Assembly (NCBI GenBank): GCA_040289575.1 | Contig: PSLL01000023.1 | Location: 1 to 20,195, forward strand | Direction of reading: 5' to 3' | Source of the DNA: Candidatus Dadabacteria bacterium | GTDB lineage: Bacteria > Desulfobacterota_D > UBA1144 > Nemesobacterales > CSP1-2 | DNA length: 20,195 bases | Shown here: piece after piece, positions 1 through 10,314 of the stretch | How the letters are laid out: each line of letters opens with the position of its first letter | Position numbering within the stretch: position 1 is the first letter of the stretch | Translations under genes and position numbers: made by a program | Notes under the pieces: model-generated | What the model saw: the letters and a program-made list of their open reading frames with translations, nothing else | Told to the model about the DNA's origin: nothing | The model's database searches: none

Positions 1-2
1 TA

Positions 3-551
3 AATGTTACACCAAAACCTCTACAGAAACCCCATATCCCGATTTACATCGGCGCATTTGAGGAGCCTGCTATAAGACGTGCGGGAAGGCTTGGCTACCC
101 TCTTCTTATAGGCCCAGGAAGAACGATGCAGGTGGCGAGGGATACAATAGACATATATAACAAAGCGGCTAGAGAGGCGGGAAAAGACCCGATTGGTACG
201 GAGCATATACTCCTTAGAGAGGCCTATATCTCTGAGAACAAAAGGAGGGCAAAGGAGGAAGCGGACAAATATATAATTAGCATGTATAAATTCTATTTTA
301 GATTAGGGGTTAAGATGTTTGTTCGGGGAGAGCAGCTTAAGGGATTGGATGACCCTTTATTTGATTATTTACCTGAAGACCGTTTCTTAATCGGTGATCC
401 GGAGGATTGCATAAGAGAGATAAAAAGATATAGGGATGAAATCGGAATCAGATATATAGTCTGCCGAATGGTATTTCCTTCTGCGACACATGAAACAATA
501 TCGAGATGCATAGAGCTTTTCGGGAGGGAGGTTATAAATAACATTACTTAA
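3..551 (+). CDS. LLM-class (luciferase-like) flavin-dependent oxidoreductase, 5'-truncated by window edge
   Basis: Frame is open from base 3: NVTPKPLQKPHIPIYIGAFEEPAIRRAGRLG (PKPxQxP..PI.IG motif) and later LIGDPEDCIREIKRY...IELFGREVI, typical of the LLM C-terminal half. Confidence 0.88.
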   Translation, partial: NVTPKPLQKPHIPIYIGAFEEPAIRRAGRLGYPLLIGPGRTMQVARDTIDIYNKAAREAGKDPIGTEHILLREAYISENKRRAKEEADKYIISMYKFYFRLGVKMFVRGEQLKGLDDPLFDYLPEDRFLIGDPEDCIREIKRYRDEIGIRYIVCRMVFPSATHETISRCIELFGREVINNIT

Positions 552-626
552 TAGGTGTTACCGCATTGTAAAAGCGCATTTATCAATTTAAGTAGATAGC
601 CGGTGCGGATGTGGGCACTCTTCTCT

Positions 627-1619
627 CTACCATTTTAGAGCGATTCGCCCGGTGGAAAACAATTCTTTCAATTCTTCATATGAAAGCTCACGCCTCTGCC
701 TGCCCTTTATAAGTGTCAGGAGTTCCGTTTCTCCAGGGGCAAACTGCACGCGTGCAACACCTTTATTGTCTGTTTTTCCAATTGTTCCTGACCAAGCCCC
801 GCACTCGTATGACCGTAATTTTTGACTTACCGACGCCCCGACTACAGGTGTTCCGTCTGCATTTTGAACTCGTATCTCAAACCCCTTTTCGGGCAGATTC
901 CATACCTTACGCACCAACACTCTGGGTTTCGATCCGGTTTTTAACCCTACCATCGCTTCGTATTCCGGTCCGAGTTCACTCTCATTGATTTTCCGGTAAT
1001 ATTCCAGTTCATCTAAATAGAGGGGCACAAGCGGCGCCCTAAACTCAATCTCTCCCTTGGCGTCGGTTCGAAATTTTCCAATGGGCAGTCCGGTATGACG
1101 CCCGCAGTGGTTTCTATCATATAGATATATGGAAACACGGACTTCCATGCCCGATACGGGCTTTCCGCTTTCAGATTGAAATGTAATACGCCGATTCGTG
1201 AGTGTCGGAAGAACCAAAAGCATCTCACCAGAGGGATAGGCTTTTGTCCTTCCAAGTGTATTCAAACCCTTTGAGAAATTACGCAAGAGTGTTCTAGGCT
1301 CAATATTGGCGGTTTGGGGAAGTTCAATGACAATAACATGCGCCTCCAGGGTACGCAAGGGTTGAAGCGCCTTCCTAATAAGACGGATTCGAACCCGACC
1401 GTTTTTGATTGTCCCCAGATTGAATTTCTCTAAATCCTCCCATGCCAGGCTGTAGAGCCATACGGTACCGGAGGATACAGGTGTTTTTTCATCTCCGACT
1501 GCAATTCGATAGACGAGGTCTATTTCCTGACGTGCGTAGGTCTGTTTAACTCCCACAACCGCTAGACTAAACATGAAACCGGCAATGGCCATTGCTTTTG
1601 TGAAGGTTTGCATATTCAT
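627..1619 (-). CDS. Hypothetical secreted protein with two carboxypeptidase-regulatory/prealbumin-like beta-sandwich repeats
   Basis: 330-aa ORF with an N-terminal signal peptide (KAMAIAGFMFSLAVVG..TYA) and two similar segments, FQSESGKPVSGMEVRV...TDAKGEIEF and VQNADGTPVVGASV...TDNKGVARV. Confidence 0.65.
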   Translation of the reverse strand: MNMQTFTKAMAIAGFMFSLAVVGVKQTYARQEIDLVYRIAVGDEKTPVSSGTVWLYSLAWEDLEKFNLGTIKNGRVRIRLIRKALQPLRTLEAHVIVIELPQTANIEPRTLLRNFSKGLNTLGRTKAYPSGEMLLVLPTLTNRRITFQSESGKPVSGMEVRVSIYLYDRNHCGRHTGLPIGKFRTDAKGEIEFRAPLVPLYLDELEYYRKINESELGPEYEAMVGLKTGSKPRVLVRKVWNLPEKGFEIRVQNADGTPVVGASVSQKLRSYECGAWSGTIGKTDNKGVARVQFAPGETELLTLIKGRQRRELSYEELKELFSTGRIALKW

Positions 1620-1791
1620 TCAAATATATTTCCGCAAAGCACGGCGGTCAAATTATTGGACTGATATAGATTTGACTTCTCACCTCTGCTCTAAGAGAAA
1701 AATTTTTCCTGAATTCACAAAATGTATTGATTTTTCTAGAAATTTCTGTAATATTGACAACCAATCATACCTAATCCTTAAAGGAGGAAAC

Positions 1792-2079
1792 ATGGCAAAA
1801 CCAATGACGAAGTCCCAGATTGCGGATCATCTGGCAAAAAAAGCTGATTTAACGAAAAGGACCGCCATTCAAGTCCTCGATGAGCTTGCCGCTCTGGCTT
1901 ATAAAGAAGCCAAGAATACATTCACCCTCCCTGGAATCGGGAAACTCGTGCTCGTCAATCGTAAAGCCCGAATTGGAAGAAACCCTGCCACAGGTGAAGA
2001 GATAAAGATCCCTGCTAAGAAGGTAGTTAAGTTTCGGGTTGCCAAGGCCTGTAAGGACTCTGTTCTCGGAAAGAAATAG
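1792..2079 (+). CDS. hup: HU family DNA-binding protein (95 aa)
   Basis: AAGGAGG RBS at 1781-1787 before ATG 1792; MTKSQIADHLA...LPGIGKL...RKARIGRNPATGEEIKIPAKKVVKFRVAK is the HU/IHF signature. The upstream ORF extension to 1573 is spurious. Confidence 0.95.
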   Translation: MAKPMTKSQIADHLAKKADLTKRTAIQVLDELAALAYKEAKNTFTLPGIGKLVLVNRKARIGRNPATGEEIKIPAKKVVKFRVAKACKDSVLGKK

Positions 2080-2267
2080 CAGGCTGCCCTAATTTTTGTA
2101 TCTGATATTTTGCTTGTGTATCAAGTATCATACCCGCCATGTGTGTGTGGCAGGAAGGTGGTTTGTGTCCTGGTAAGCTGCTTGACCTAAGCGTATCGAG
2201 ATTTCATTCGGGTATTTGGATCAGTTTACTTGGTGCGGTGCATAAATACTCGTCAACCGAGCTGCCG

Positions 2268-3470
2268 TTACTCCTTTTCCTTTGGTTTGTATCCGTTTTC
2301 CCTTAGGAGTTTAAGGATTTCTTCTTTGTGCTCGTAGCCTTTTGTTTCCAGACTGAGTTCGACTATTGCCCTACCAATCGGGAGTGTTGTTGAAGACCTG
2401 TCGTGATAAATCTGTACTATGTTTGCCTTTGCCATGCCGAGGAGCGATGCGAGTTTTCCTAAGGAGCCCGGAATGTCGGGGATCTCTATCTCAAGCCTTA
2501 TAAACCTTCCGCGCTTTACAAGACCCCTTTCTATGATTCTAGAGAGCGTGTTTATATCAATATTCCCGCCGCTTATTATAATCACAACGTTCTTTTTATA
2601 GAAACCTTCTTTTCTTTTAAGAAGCCCTGCAAACCCTACAGCCCCTGCGCCTTCTACCACGATTCTCATTCTTTCGGTCAGAATAAGAAGCGCGTCTTCA
2701 ATCTCGCTGTCATTAACTGTGAGGGCTTCGTCTACATATCTGTCAACTATCTCAAAGGGGATTGTTCCACATCTTTTAATTGCAATTCCATCGGCAATAG
2801 TTTGCGCTGAACTAATCTCTACGATTTTTCCTTTCTCCTTTGATAGAACCATAGAAGCTGCGCCCTCCGCCTGAACACCCATGATTTTAATCCTCGGATT
2901 CTTCTCTTTAAGAGCGACCGATATTCCCGAGATCAGCCCGCCTCCGCCAATAGGCACAAACACCGCTTCCATACCGGGAAGTGAATCAATAACCTCAAGC
3001 CCGATTGTTCCCTGGCCTGCGATAATATCGGAATCATCAAACGGATGTATGAAAACGGCCTCATACTCTTTCTCAATCTGTTTTGCATATCTATAGGCGT
3101 CATCGAAAGTGGCTCCGTATAGGACTATCTCGGCTCCATAGTGTTTGGTGGCAAGGATTTTATTAATCGGGGTTACTTCGGGCATAACAATGGTTGCCTT
3201 CATGCCTAGGAGCCTTCCTGCGAGCGCTACGCCCTGTGCGTGATTCCCTGCGGATGCAGCAACCACATTTTTTACGGTGTTACTCAGTTTGTGGAGTCTA
3301 TTGTATGCCCCACGAATCTTAAACGAGCCTGTTCTTTGGAGGTTCTCAAGCTTAAAAAATACATTTGCTCCAGAGACCTCACTCAATGAATAAGAGTATA
3401 CAAGGGGTGTTGTATAGGTTACGTCTTTTAATCTATTTGCGGCTTCTTCTATTTCTTTCAGTGTAATCAT
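2268..3470 (-). CDS. ilvA: Threonine ammonia-lyase (PLP), ~400-aa form with one C-terminal ACT domain
   Basis: KLENLQRTGSFKIRGA (PLP lysine), ASAGNHAQG, HPFDD..IIAGQGT, PIGGGGLISG, SGGNID, and ACT segment IPDIPGSLGKL. Confidence 0.95.
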   Translation of the reverse strand: MITLKEIEEAANRLKDVTYTTPLVYSYSLSEVSGANVFFKLENLQRTGSFKIRGAYNRLHKLSNTVKNVVAASAGNHAQGVALAGRLLGMKATIVMPEVTPINKILATKHYGAEIVLYGATFDDAYRYAKQIEKEYEAVFIHPFDDSDIIAGQGTIGLEVIDSLPGMEAVFVPIGGGGLISGISVALKEKNPRIKIMGVQAEGAASMVLSKEKGKIVEISSAQTIADGIAIKRCGTIPFEIVDRYVDEALTVNDSEIEDALLILTERMRIVVEGAGAVGFAGLLKRKEGFYKKNVVIIISGGNIDINTLSRIIERGLVKRGRFIRLEIEIPDIPGSLGKLASLLGMAKANIVQIYHDRSSTTLPIGRAIVELSLETKGYEHKEEILKLLRENGYKPKEKE

Positions 3471-3685
3471 GGTTTGGTTGTCAGAGTATTATACGTGAAT
3501 TGCGTATGGTGAAAAGGAGGCATCTTTCCTCTACTCTTGACCTGAAATTATGTTTTCTGTATTTTATGTGGAATAATTCTTAAAAACGGTTCACATCAAA
3601 CATGCCATATAGATAGAATGGTTATCTTTGTAGACTGATTAAGAATCAGCCGGCATTAGAAACACAAATGTGAAAGGAGTAAACC

Positions 3686-4144
3686 ATGAAACCCATGTTT
3701 GTTACGCTAGTTCTAGTTTTGATGGTGGTTCCCTTGCTTCTTTGGGCGGCAGATCAAGGAACACCCGCCGAGGCCAAGGCGATGCTGCAGAAGGCAGTGG
3801 CGCATTATAATTCCGTCGGACGCAAACAGGCACTGACCGATTTCACTGCGGCAAAGACTCCATTCCGAGATCGCGACCTGTATGTTGTGTGTATTGGACC
3901 CGACCACCTCATCTCGGCGAACGGCGCATTTCCGCAGTACGTCGGTCTTACGTCAGATATACTTAAAGACGCCTCTGGCAAGCTGCTCGGCCGAGCTATT
4001 ATTGACGCCGTCGCAACGAAGAGCGAAGGTTCCGTTTTCTATATGATGATTAATCCGATGACGGGCAAGATCGAACCGAAGGTCTTGTTTGTGAAGAAGC
4101 TCGGCGAGGATGTTTGCGGCGTAGGTGCATACAACCCGCATTGA
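3686..4144 (+). CDS. Stand-alone periplasmic single Cache (sCache_2-like) domain protein
   Basis: AAGGAG RBS and signal peptide; GTPAEAKAMLQKAVAHY...F.DRDLYV...LKDASGK...G.V.Y...NP.TGKIEPK...CGVGAY pattern. Confidence 0.85.
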   Translation: MKPMFVTLVLVLMVVPLLLWAADQGTPAEAKAMLQKAVAHYNSVGRKQALTDFTAAKTPFRDRDLYVVCIGPDHLISANGAFPQYVGLTSDILKDASGKLLGRAIIDAVATKSEGSVFYMMINPMTGKIEPKVLFVKKLGEDVCGVGAYNPH

Positions 4145-4288
4145 TGGTAGTTTCTTATAGGTGGCTGCCAGCTAAATTCATATCGCTTAACCGGAACGTC
4201 CCAGATATAGCCTCCATTCACGTATTGAGTAAGCCGCTATCTATGCCTGATTGAACCACCACCGATAAGGGTTGGGACAAGCGGCGGC

Positions 4289-5494
4289 TCAAGTACGAGA
4301 GCGTTTAATCTCAATTATCCTATCAAAAATCCTCTCGGCAATCTCCGTCTTTTTCATAAGGGGGAGTTCTTCAATTCTTCCATTCCTATCTGCGATATAT
4401 ACGATATTTGTGTCCTCTCCAAATCCCACTCCGGGTTTCGATACATCGTTGGCTATGATCAGGTCGGCGTTTTTCTTTCTGAGTTTCCCAAGCGCATTTC
4501 CTACTATATCCTCTGTCTCGACGGCAAATCCCACGACGATCTTGCCGTTCTTTTTCTTTCCAATCTCCGATAGAATATCCACGGTTTGTTTAAGTTCAAG
4601 CGTAGATTCCTTTAGTCCCTTCTTCATTTTTCCCTGAAATCTGTTAACAGGGGTGTAGTCGCCCACAGCTGCGGCTTTTATCACAATAGTCGCCCAGTCA
4701 AGGCGGCTCATTACAGCTTCATACATATCCGATACACTGACGACATTAACCAGATTTACGCCACGAGGCGGGGCCACATCGGCCTTAGCAGAGATTAAAA
4801 CCACCTCTGCTCCTCTTAACCATCCCGCCCTCGCAATCGCATATCCCATCTTTCCGCTTGAAGGGTTCGAGATAAATCTCACAGAGTCAATGAACTCCCT
4901 TGTCGCTCCCGCCGTAACAAGTATCCTCTCACCGCTTAGGTCCTTAGGAGAAAGCGCCTTCTCTATCTCTTCTAATATTTCATGTGTATCCGGGAGTCTT
5001 CCCCTTCCCTCATATCCGCAGGCGAGGTCGCCCTCGCCTGGCTCTATTACTATGAATCCGCGTTTTCTCAATCTCTCTATATTCTCCTGAACCACTGCGT
5101 TATTGTACATATTTACATTCATGGCAGGACACAAAATCACAGGGGCACGAACCGCCATAAGCACAGTTGTAAGGAGGTCGTCGGCGATCCCAGATGCGGC
5201 TTTTCCTATAAAATTCGCCGTGGCCGGAGCAACAACAATCAGATCGGCGCTATCGGCAAGGCTTATGTGTCCGATCTCCGATTCCCAATCGAGGTCGAAA
5301 ACATCTGTTGCCACACGCCTTCTCGAGAGTATCTGCAGAGTAAGGGGGGGGATAAACTGTGTAGCGTTCCTTGTCATAATTACCTGCAATGTTGCTCCTT
5401 CGGACACGAGCCTTCTTGTGATCTCACAGGCCTTATAAGCGGCGATTCCGCCTGTAATACCCAGAATTATTGTTTTCCCTGAGATTCTCGACAT
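4289..5494 (-). CDS. coaBC: Bifunctional phosphopantothenoylcysteine decarboxylase/phosphopantothenate-cysteine ligase
   Basis: GITGGIAAYKA, HISLA, APATAN, PAMNVNMY, GDLACG..G.GRL, TAGATRE.ID.VRFISNPSSGKMG, GFAVET, ANDV. Start placed at ATG 5494 behind an AAGGGAG RBS (5501-5507). Confidence 0.96.
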   Translation of the reverse strand: MSRISGKTIILGITGGIAAYKACEITRRLVSEGATLQVIMTRNATQFIPPLTLQILSRRRVATDVFDLDWESEIGHISLADSADLIVVAPATANFIGKAASGIADDLLTTVLMAVRAPVILCPAMNVNMYNNAVVQENIERLRKRGFIVIEPGEGDLACGYEGRGRLPDTHEILEEIEKALSPKDLSGERILVTAGATREFIDSVRFISNPSSGKMGYAIARAGWLRGAEVVLISAKADVAPPRGVNLVNVVSVSDMYEAVMSRLDWATIVIKAAAVGDYTPVNRFQGKMKKGLKESTLELKQTVDILSEIGKKKNGKIVVGFAVETEDIVGNALGKLRKKNADLIIANDVSKPGVGFGEDTNIVYIADRNGRIEELPLMKKTEIAERIFDRIIEIKRSRT

Positions 5495-5714
5495 TATATT
5501 CTCCCTTACAGACATATCGTTACAGCGATTGTCCTTTATTGGTGGGCAAATAGAGATTTGCTTATACAATAATAAGACAGTCAGCCACAATTATTATAGA
5601 GAAGTACATGAAATGAGGCAAACCGAGATTGTGGGGGCAAGAGGCAATTGCATACAGATTGATAAGATTGGATATTACGGCCGCGGTATAACGATTGGAG
5701 ATTATATTGCTTTC

Positions 5715-6992
5715 TCAATCCTGTGCCTTTGAGACATCTTCCTTCAATCTAGCCTCAATTCTTTGTCTCTGCCCTTCAATTGATTTGATTAGGGATTCTT
5801 CTTTTGCAAACCTTTTTGCATTATTGTTTGCGATTCTCGCATCTGAGATCCGACCCATGCGGTAGTAGATCTCAGCTAGTGTACTCCAATAGTACGGCTC
5901 ATCGGGTTTTAGCTCTAAACTGTGCCTAGATAACTCCAAAGCCTTATTGAGTTGTTTGTTATCTAATGCGAGGAGATATGCTAGACCATTTATGGGTCTA
6001 TCATAATCGGGATTGAGTTCTATCGCCTTGTTAAAGTCTGCGATTGCCTTATCATATTGACCCTTGTTATAGTATGCGACTCCACGGTGATAGTAGGCCT
6101 GGGCATCCCTGGGGTTTGCCTCTATGGCCTTGGTGTAATTATATATGGCTTGGTCATACTGGGCATCTTTATTATTATCATAGATTGGGCTTATCTTTAG
6201 TGTTTTGTTAAAACCGGAGATGGCTTTATCGTTCCGATCCTTGTTTACATATGCGTTTTGGTAGATTGCCTCACCATACTTTGGGTCTATTTCTACAGCC
6301 CTATTATAATCGGATGCGGCTTGGTCAAGCAAGCCTCTATTGGCGTAGACAATCCCTCGGTTAATGTATGCGGCGGCATAACTTGGATTTATCTCTATGG
6401 CCTTTGAGTAATCGGATATGGCTTTATCGTATCTGCCCTTGGCTTGATAGGCAATTCCACGATTGTAGTATGCCAGGGCATTCTTTGGGTTTATCTCTAT
6501 AGCCTTTGAGTAATCGGATATGGCCTTATCATATTCGCCCTTACTCCTTGCATATGCAACCCCTCGGTTAATGTGTATCTCTGTATAGACTGGGTCTATC
6601 TCCTTGATTGCGTTATCATAATCAGATATGGCCTTATCATATTGACCTTTCTTCTGATAGGCGAGTCCGCGGCTTTTGTATGCCATAACGCTTCCCGGAT
6701 TTATCTCTAACACCTTATTAAAATCGGATATGGCTTGGTCGTATTGACCCTTATAGTAATAAGCAATTCCCCGATTGTAGTATGCATTTGCATCCCTTGG
6801 GTTTATCTTTATTGCCTCGCTGAATTCGGCAATTGCTTTATCCAGCATACCTCTTTTTAGGTAGCCCTCCCCACGAGAGAAATAATTGGACGTCCTTACT
6901 TCTCGGCTGTTTATGTCTTCACCATAGCAGACACTGGCCGTTAAAAATAAAAGTATTAAAAACGCTGGATATATCCTTCCTAAGACATTCAT
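5715..6992 (-). CDS. Secreted tetratricopeptide-repeat protein
   Basis: Signal peptide followed by many 34-aa repeats of the form AYYNRGIAY..KGQYDKAISDYSKAIEINP. Confidence 0.92.
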   Translation of the reverse strand: MNVLGRIYPAFLILLFLTASVCYGEDINSREVRTSNYFSRGEGYLKRGMLDKAIAEFSEAIKINPRDANAYYNRGIAYYYKGQYDQAISDFNKVLEINPGSVMAYKSRGLAYQKKGQYDKAISDYDNAIKEIDPVYTEIHINRGVAYARSKGEYDKAISDYSKAIEINPKNALAYYNRGIAYQAKGRYDKAISDYSKAIEINPSYAAAYINRGIVYANRGLLDQAASDYNRAVEIDPKYGEAIYQNAYVNKDRNDKAISGFNKTLKISPIYDNNKDAQYDQAIYNYTKAIEANPRDAQAYYHRGVAYYNKGQYDKAIADFNKAIELNPDYDRPINGLAYLLALDNKQLNKALELSRHSLELKPDEPYYWSTLAEIYYRMGRISDARIANNNAKRFAKEESLIKSIEGQRQRIEARLKEDVSKAQD

Positions 6993-7048
6993 GGAACTTA
7001 TACTATAAGAGCCACAGTATAGGTGCGGCGTAGAAGCGAATAGGGTAA

Positions 7049-8784
7049 CTATAGGTTCTTATCCGTTACCGCACCCTCCGATGCCGATGTGACGAGCTTG
7101 GCGTACTTGGCTAGTGCGCCTCTTATAGCCTTTGGTCTCGGCCTCTTCCATGCGTCAAGTCGCTTTTTAATCTCGCCCTTTGGAACATTTAGGTTAATCT
7201 CCCTCTTTGTAGCGTCAATCGTGATGCTGTCGCCGTTTTTTACGACGGCGAGGACTCCCCCTTCGTAGGCCTCCGGTGTAATGTGTCCGACGACAAACCC
7301 GTGGCTTCCGCCTGAGAACCGTCCATCTGTAATAAGCGCCACGTCTTTGCCTAAGCCCCTGCCCATAACCGCCGAGGTGGGGCTGAGCATTTCCCTCATA
7401 CCGGGGCCCCCTTTAGGCCCTTCATAACGGATTACAATGACGTGTCCCTTCTTTACCGTTCCATTCAATATGGCTTTTAGACATGCCTCTTCCGAGTCAA
7501 AAACAATCGCCTTTCCGGTAAACGACAGACCTTCTTTGCCTGTAATCTTTGCAACGGCTCCCTGAGGCGCCAGATTACCGTAGAGGATTACAATATGGCT
7601 GTCTTTCTTTATGGGATTATCAAACGGGGCTATAATTTCCTGCCCTTGAGGATAGGGCTTTACATCCTCCAAATTTTCCCTCAGTGTCTTGCCAGTAACC
7701 GTCAGGCAATCCCCATAAATCAATTCCCTGTCAAGGAGCATTTTCATAAGTGGTGTTAGGCCGCCGATCTTACAAAACTCGGACATTAGATACTTGCCGC
7801 TCGGTTTGAGGTCTGCGAGCACGGGCACTTTTCTACCGATTCTCGTGAAATCATCGAGAGTGAGCTTAACATCCGCTGCGTGAGCCATAGCCAAGAGATG
7901 GAGTACGGCATTGGTTGAGCCGCCTAGCGCAATGACTACAGTAATGGCATTCTCAAATGCCTTCTTTGTCATAATATCCCTGGGGAGTATGTTATTTCGG
8001 ATCAGGTTCATGACAGCAGCTCCGGCATTAAAGCAATCGTCGTTTTTTTCGGGCGATATTGCCGCCTGAGCGGAGCTGTTTGGGAGGCTCATACCCAGTG
8101 CCTCATCGTATTTGCCGTATACATCCCCCCGCATGAGCCTGCACCGGGGATGGCGCAGGACTCAATTGATTTGAGCTCATCGTCGCTTATTGTTCTACTG
8201 GCATGTGCGCCCACAGCCTCAAACACAGAGACAATATCAACCATCTTGTCGCAGTATAAGCCGGGCATAATTGTGCCTCCATAGACAAAGACGGACGGGC
8301 GATTGAGATATGCCATAGCCATCAGGCATCCTGGCATGTTTTTATCACAGCCACCGATGGCGACCAATCCGTCAAAACCTTCAGCCCCCGTCACGGTCTC
8401 AATTGAATCGGCAATGACCTCGCGGGAGACCAAGGAGTAGCGCATCCCTAGGGTTCCCATCGAAATGCCATCTGAGACCGTTATGGTATTGAATATTATG
8501 GACTTGCCTCCGGCATTATCCACACCGCGCCCGGCCTCTATAGCCAGTTTATCAATGTGCATATTGCAGGGTGTAACCATACTCCATGTAGAGGCAATAC
8601 CTACGACCGGCTTTTGAAAGTCCTCGTCCTTGAAACCGACTGCCCGAAGCATGGCGCGGCTTGGGGCACGCTCGACGCCTTCTACAAGTATAGAGGAGTA
8701 TTTCCTCAGATTGTTTTTTGCTTCTATTAGGTTGATGCTTGCCTTTTTCAATATGTTTTTTCCCTCCTTGTCAGATGAATTCAC
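7049..8784 (-). pseudogene. ilvD: Dihydroxy-acid dehydratase, frameshifted at 8103/8104
   Basis: 5' ORF has [35 protein letters not shown]; 3' ORF resumes EALGMSLP and has [25 protein letters not shown]. The junction reads ACG ATG|AG GCA, so the conserved MASAIEALG lacks about 13 nt. The true start may be TTG 8751 (AGGAGG upstream). Confidence 0.9.
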
Positions 8785-8870
8785 TTATATATATCACAAT
8801 GGAGACTGTTAAATGGACAGTGCTTATACACATTCCCATTGACACAACACATGTGAGTTTAGCCAGCACT

Positions 8871-8899
8871 ATTATCTATCGAATGTGTTTTAATGTCAA
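8871..8899 (-). promoter_or_regulatory. Putative sigma70 promoter for ilvD
   Basis: Minus strand TTGACA (8899-8894), 17-nt spacer, GATAAT (8876-8871). A divergent TTGACA at 8923-8928 faces the 9071 gene. Confidence 0.55.
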
Positions 8900-9070
8900 T
8901 TCTCCCCTGTCTAATTTTGGTATTGACAAAATAGAGTATTCAAAAAATATATGAAAAGGGATATTATGAGGTTATATGAAATCTCGGAAATGTTATTAGG
9001 AATCAGAGACAGAGCAAATAAGTGTACTTAAGTTGAGTGTACAGAAAATACGTCTCTAAGGAAGGCAGAC

Positions 9071-9553
9071 ATGAACCCCATTATTGTAACGGTTCTTTTG
9101 ACAATCCTGGCGGGAATATTAGGAACTGCGGGAATGACCATTGTTATGTGGCTTATTCACCGCTCCGGGCTTGCAAACGCCGATATGATGAGGGCAATCG
9201 GCAGCCTCTATACACGGTCTTATGAGAATTCATTGCTGCCGGGGTTTATCATACATTTTGGCATAGGCAGCATTCTTGCCTTCCTCTATACTGCTTTTCT
9301 TAGCATTTTTCTACTCAGGTCTGTTGTTGCCCTTACCGGCCTGGGCGGTATGCTGGGATTGCTCCATGGGCTTGTCGTAAGCTTTGCGCTTGTCGCCCTC
9401 GTAGCAGAGCACCATCCACTTGAGCAATTTCAAAAGGCTGGCTCCGAGGTAGTCGTAGCCCATATGGTAGGTCATATCATATACGGGCTGATTGTAGGAG
9501 CTGTAATAGGGATTACTGGTATAAGCTTTGATTTCATTCCCAGAATGGTTTAG
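9071..9553 (+). CDS. Four-TM integral membrane protein of unknown function with intramembrane histidines
   Basis: 160 aa with four hydrophobic segments; IHFGIG, LHG, EHHP, AHMVGHIIYG. Confidence 0.8.
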   Translation: MNPIIVTVLLTILAGILGTAGMTIVMWLIHRSGLANADMMRAIGSLYTRSYENSLLPGFIIHFGIGSILAFLYTAFLSIFLLRSVVALTGLGGMLGLLHGLVVSFALVALVAEHHPLEQFQKAGSEVVVAHMVGHIIYGLIVGAVIGITGISFDFIPRMV

Positions 9554-9795
9554 TCCGTTGTTTATGTTAGCTTATTATGGATTAAAAGCCTTCTACTAAA
9601 AAACCTCTTTTAAGGGAGTTTTTTTAAGAGAGGCAATGTAAGTTCATCGTCTAAAAAGAATATAAAGAATCTCAATTCAAATTACAATCTTCTATTGTAC
9701 TTCTTCACACAGAGGAAACTCATTTCCAACTGGTTAAAAGATGTTAGAATTTATATTTGAGTTAGTCAACAAAGTCATCGTCAAAGGAGAGGACA

Positions 9796-9999
9796 ATGCA
9801 AATTAAGGTGATATTAGAACCCGCTGAAGAAGGGGGATATACCGTGTATGTACCATCTCTTCCTGGATGTATCAGCGAAGGAGAAACAGAAGAAGAAGCA
9901 CTGGCTAATATCAAAGAAGCGGTAGAACTCTATTTAGAGCCGATTGAGGACGAAATGTTCATAACGGAAAGTCGCATTATTAAAGAGGTTACGATTTGA
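9796..9999 (+). CDS. hicB: Type II TA antitoxin, HicB family (short form without DNA-binding domain)
   Basis: AAGGAGAGG RBS; LEPAEEGGYTVYVPSLPGCISEGETEEEALANIKEAVELYLE. Confidence 0.93.
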   Translation: MQIKVILEPAEEGGYTVYVPSLPGCISEGETEEEALANIKEAVELYLEPIEDEMFITESRIIKEVTI

Positions 10000-10223
10000 G
10001 TGAAGTTCCGAATCTGTCCTACACAGAGATTATTAAGGTGTTACAAAGAGCAGGATTTATAGTGGTTAGACAGCGAGGAAGTCATATAAGGTTACAGAAA
10101 AGAACTCAAAGTCGTATTATCAAGATCACGGTACCCGCACATAAGCCAGTTAAAAAGGGCACTTTGGCTCGAATTATCAAAGATGCTGGACTGACCGTAG
10201 AAGAATTTAAACAACTTCTTTAA
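9996..10223 (+). CDS. hicA: Type II TA toxin, HicA family mRNA interferase
   Basis: TTG start overlaps the hicB TGA; LQRAGF..VRQRGSH (catalytic His), ITVPAHK...GTLARIIKDAGL. Confidence 0.93.
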   Translation: MSEVPNLSYTEIIKVLQRAGFIVVRQRGSHIRLQKRTQSRIIKITVPAHKPVKKGTLARIIKDAGLTVEEFKQLL

Positions 10224-10240
10224 TTAATCGTATAAACATA

Positions 10241-10314
10241 TCTTTCAATTGTCAAAGACCTCACGGTATCGGAGTCGTTAACCTAATCGTAGTAAAATCC
10301 AAATCCATTGTCAA
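10241..10314 (-). promoter_or_regulatory. Orphan CRISPR-leader start: sigma70 promoter plus boxA-like antitermination motif
   Basis: Directly after the cas2 stop: TTGACA (10314-10309), 17 nt, TACGAT (10291-10286), then GGTCTTTGACAATTGAA (10260-10244). Confidence 0.7.

Noticed and set aside
1573..1791. 73-aa N-terminal extension of HU in the ORF track
   Set aside because: A strong RBS precedes ATG 1792; the extension overlaps the divergent gene and promoter region.
5495..5590. Extended coaBC N-terminus
   Set aside because: Homology starts at GKTIILGITGG and the RBS supports ATG 5494.
6030..6800. ~102-nt periodic DNA repeats such as ATCGGATATGGC
   Set aside because: Explained by 34-aa TPR coding repeats; not a CRISPR array.
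8089..8134. Programmed frameshift or genuine split ilvD
   Set aside because: Conserved residues are missing, not merely shifted, and there is no slippery site at the junction.
9579..9596. GTAGAAGGCTTTTAATCC on the minus strand beyond hicBA, faintly like the 5' half of the CRISPR repeat
   Set aside because: Only about 14 of 19 matches with a gap in AT-rich DNA and no ATTGAAAC end; not distinguishable from chance by eye.
9597..9626. Possible terminator hairpin after the membrane-protein gene
   Set aside because: The stem is mostly A-T with mismatches; too weak to call.
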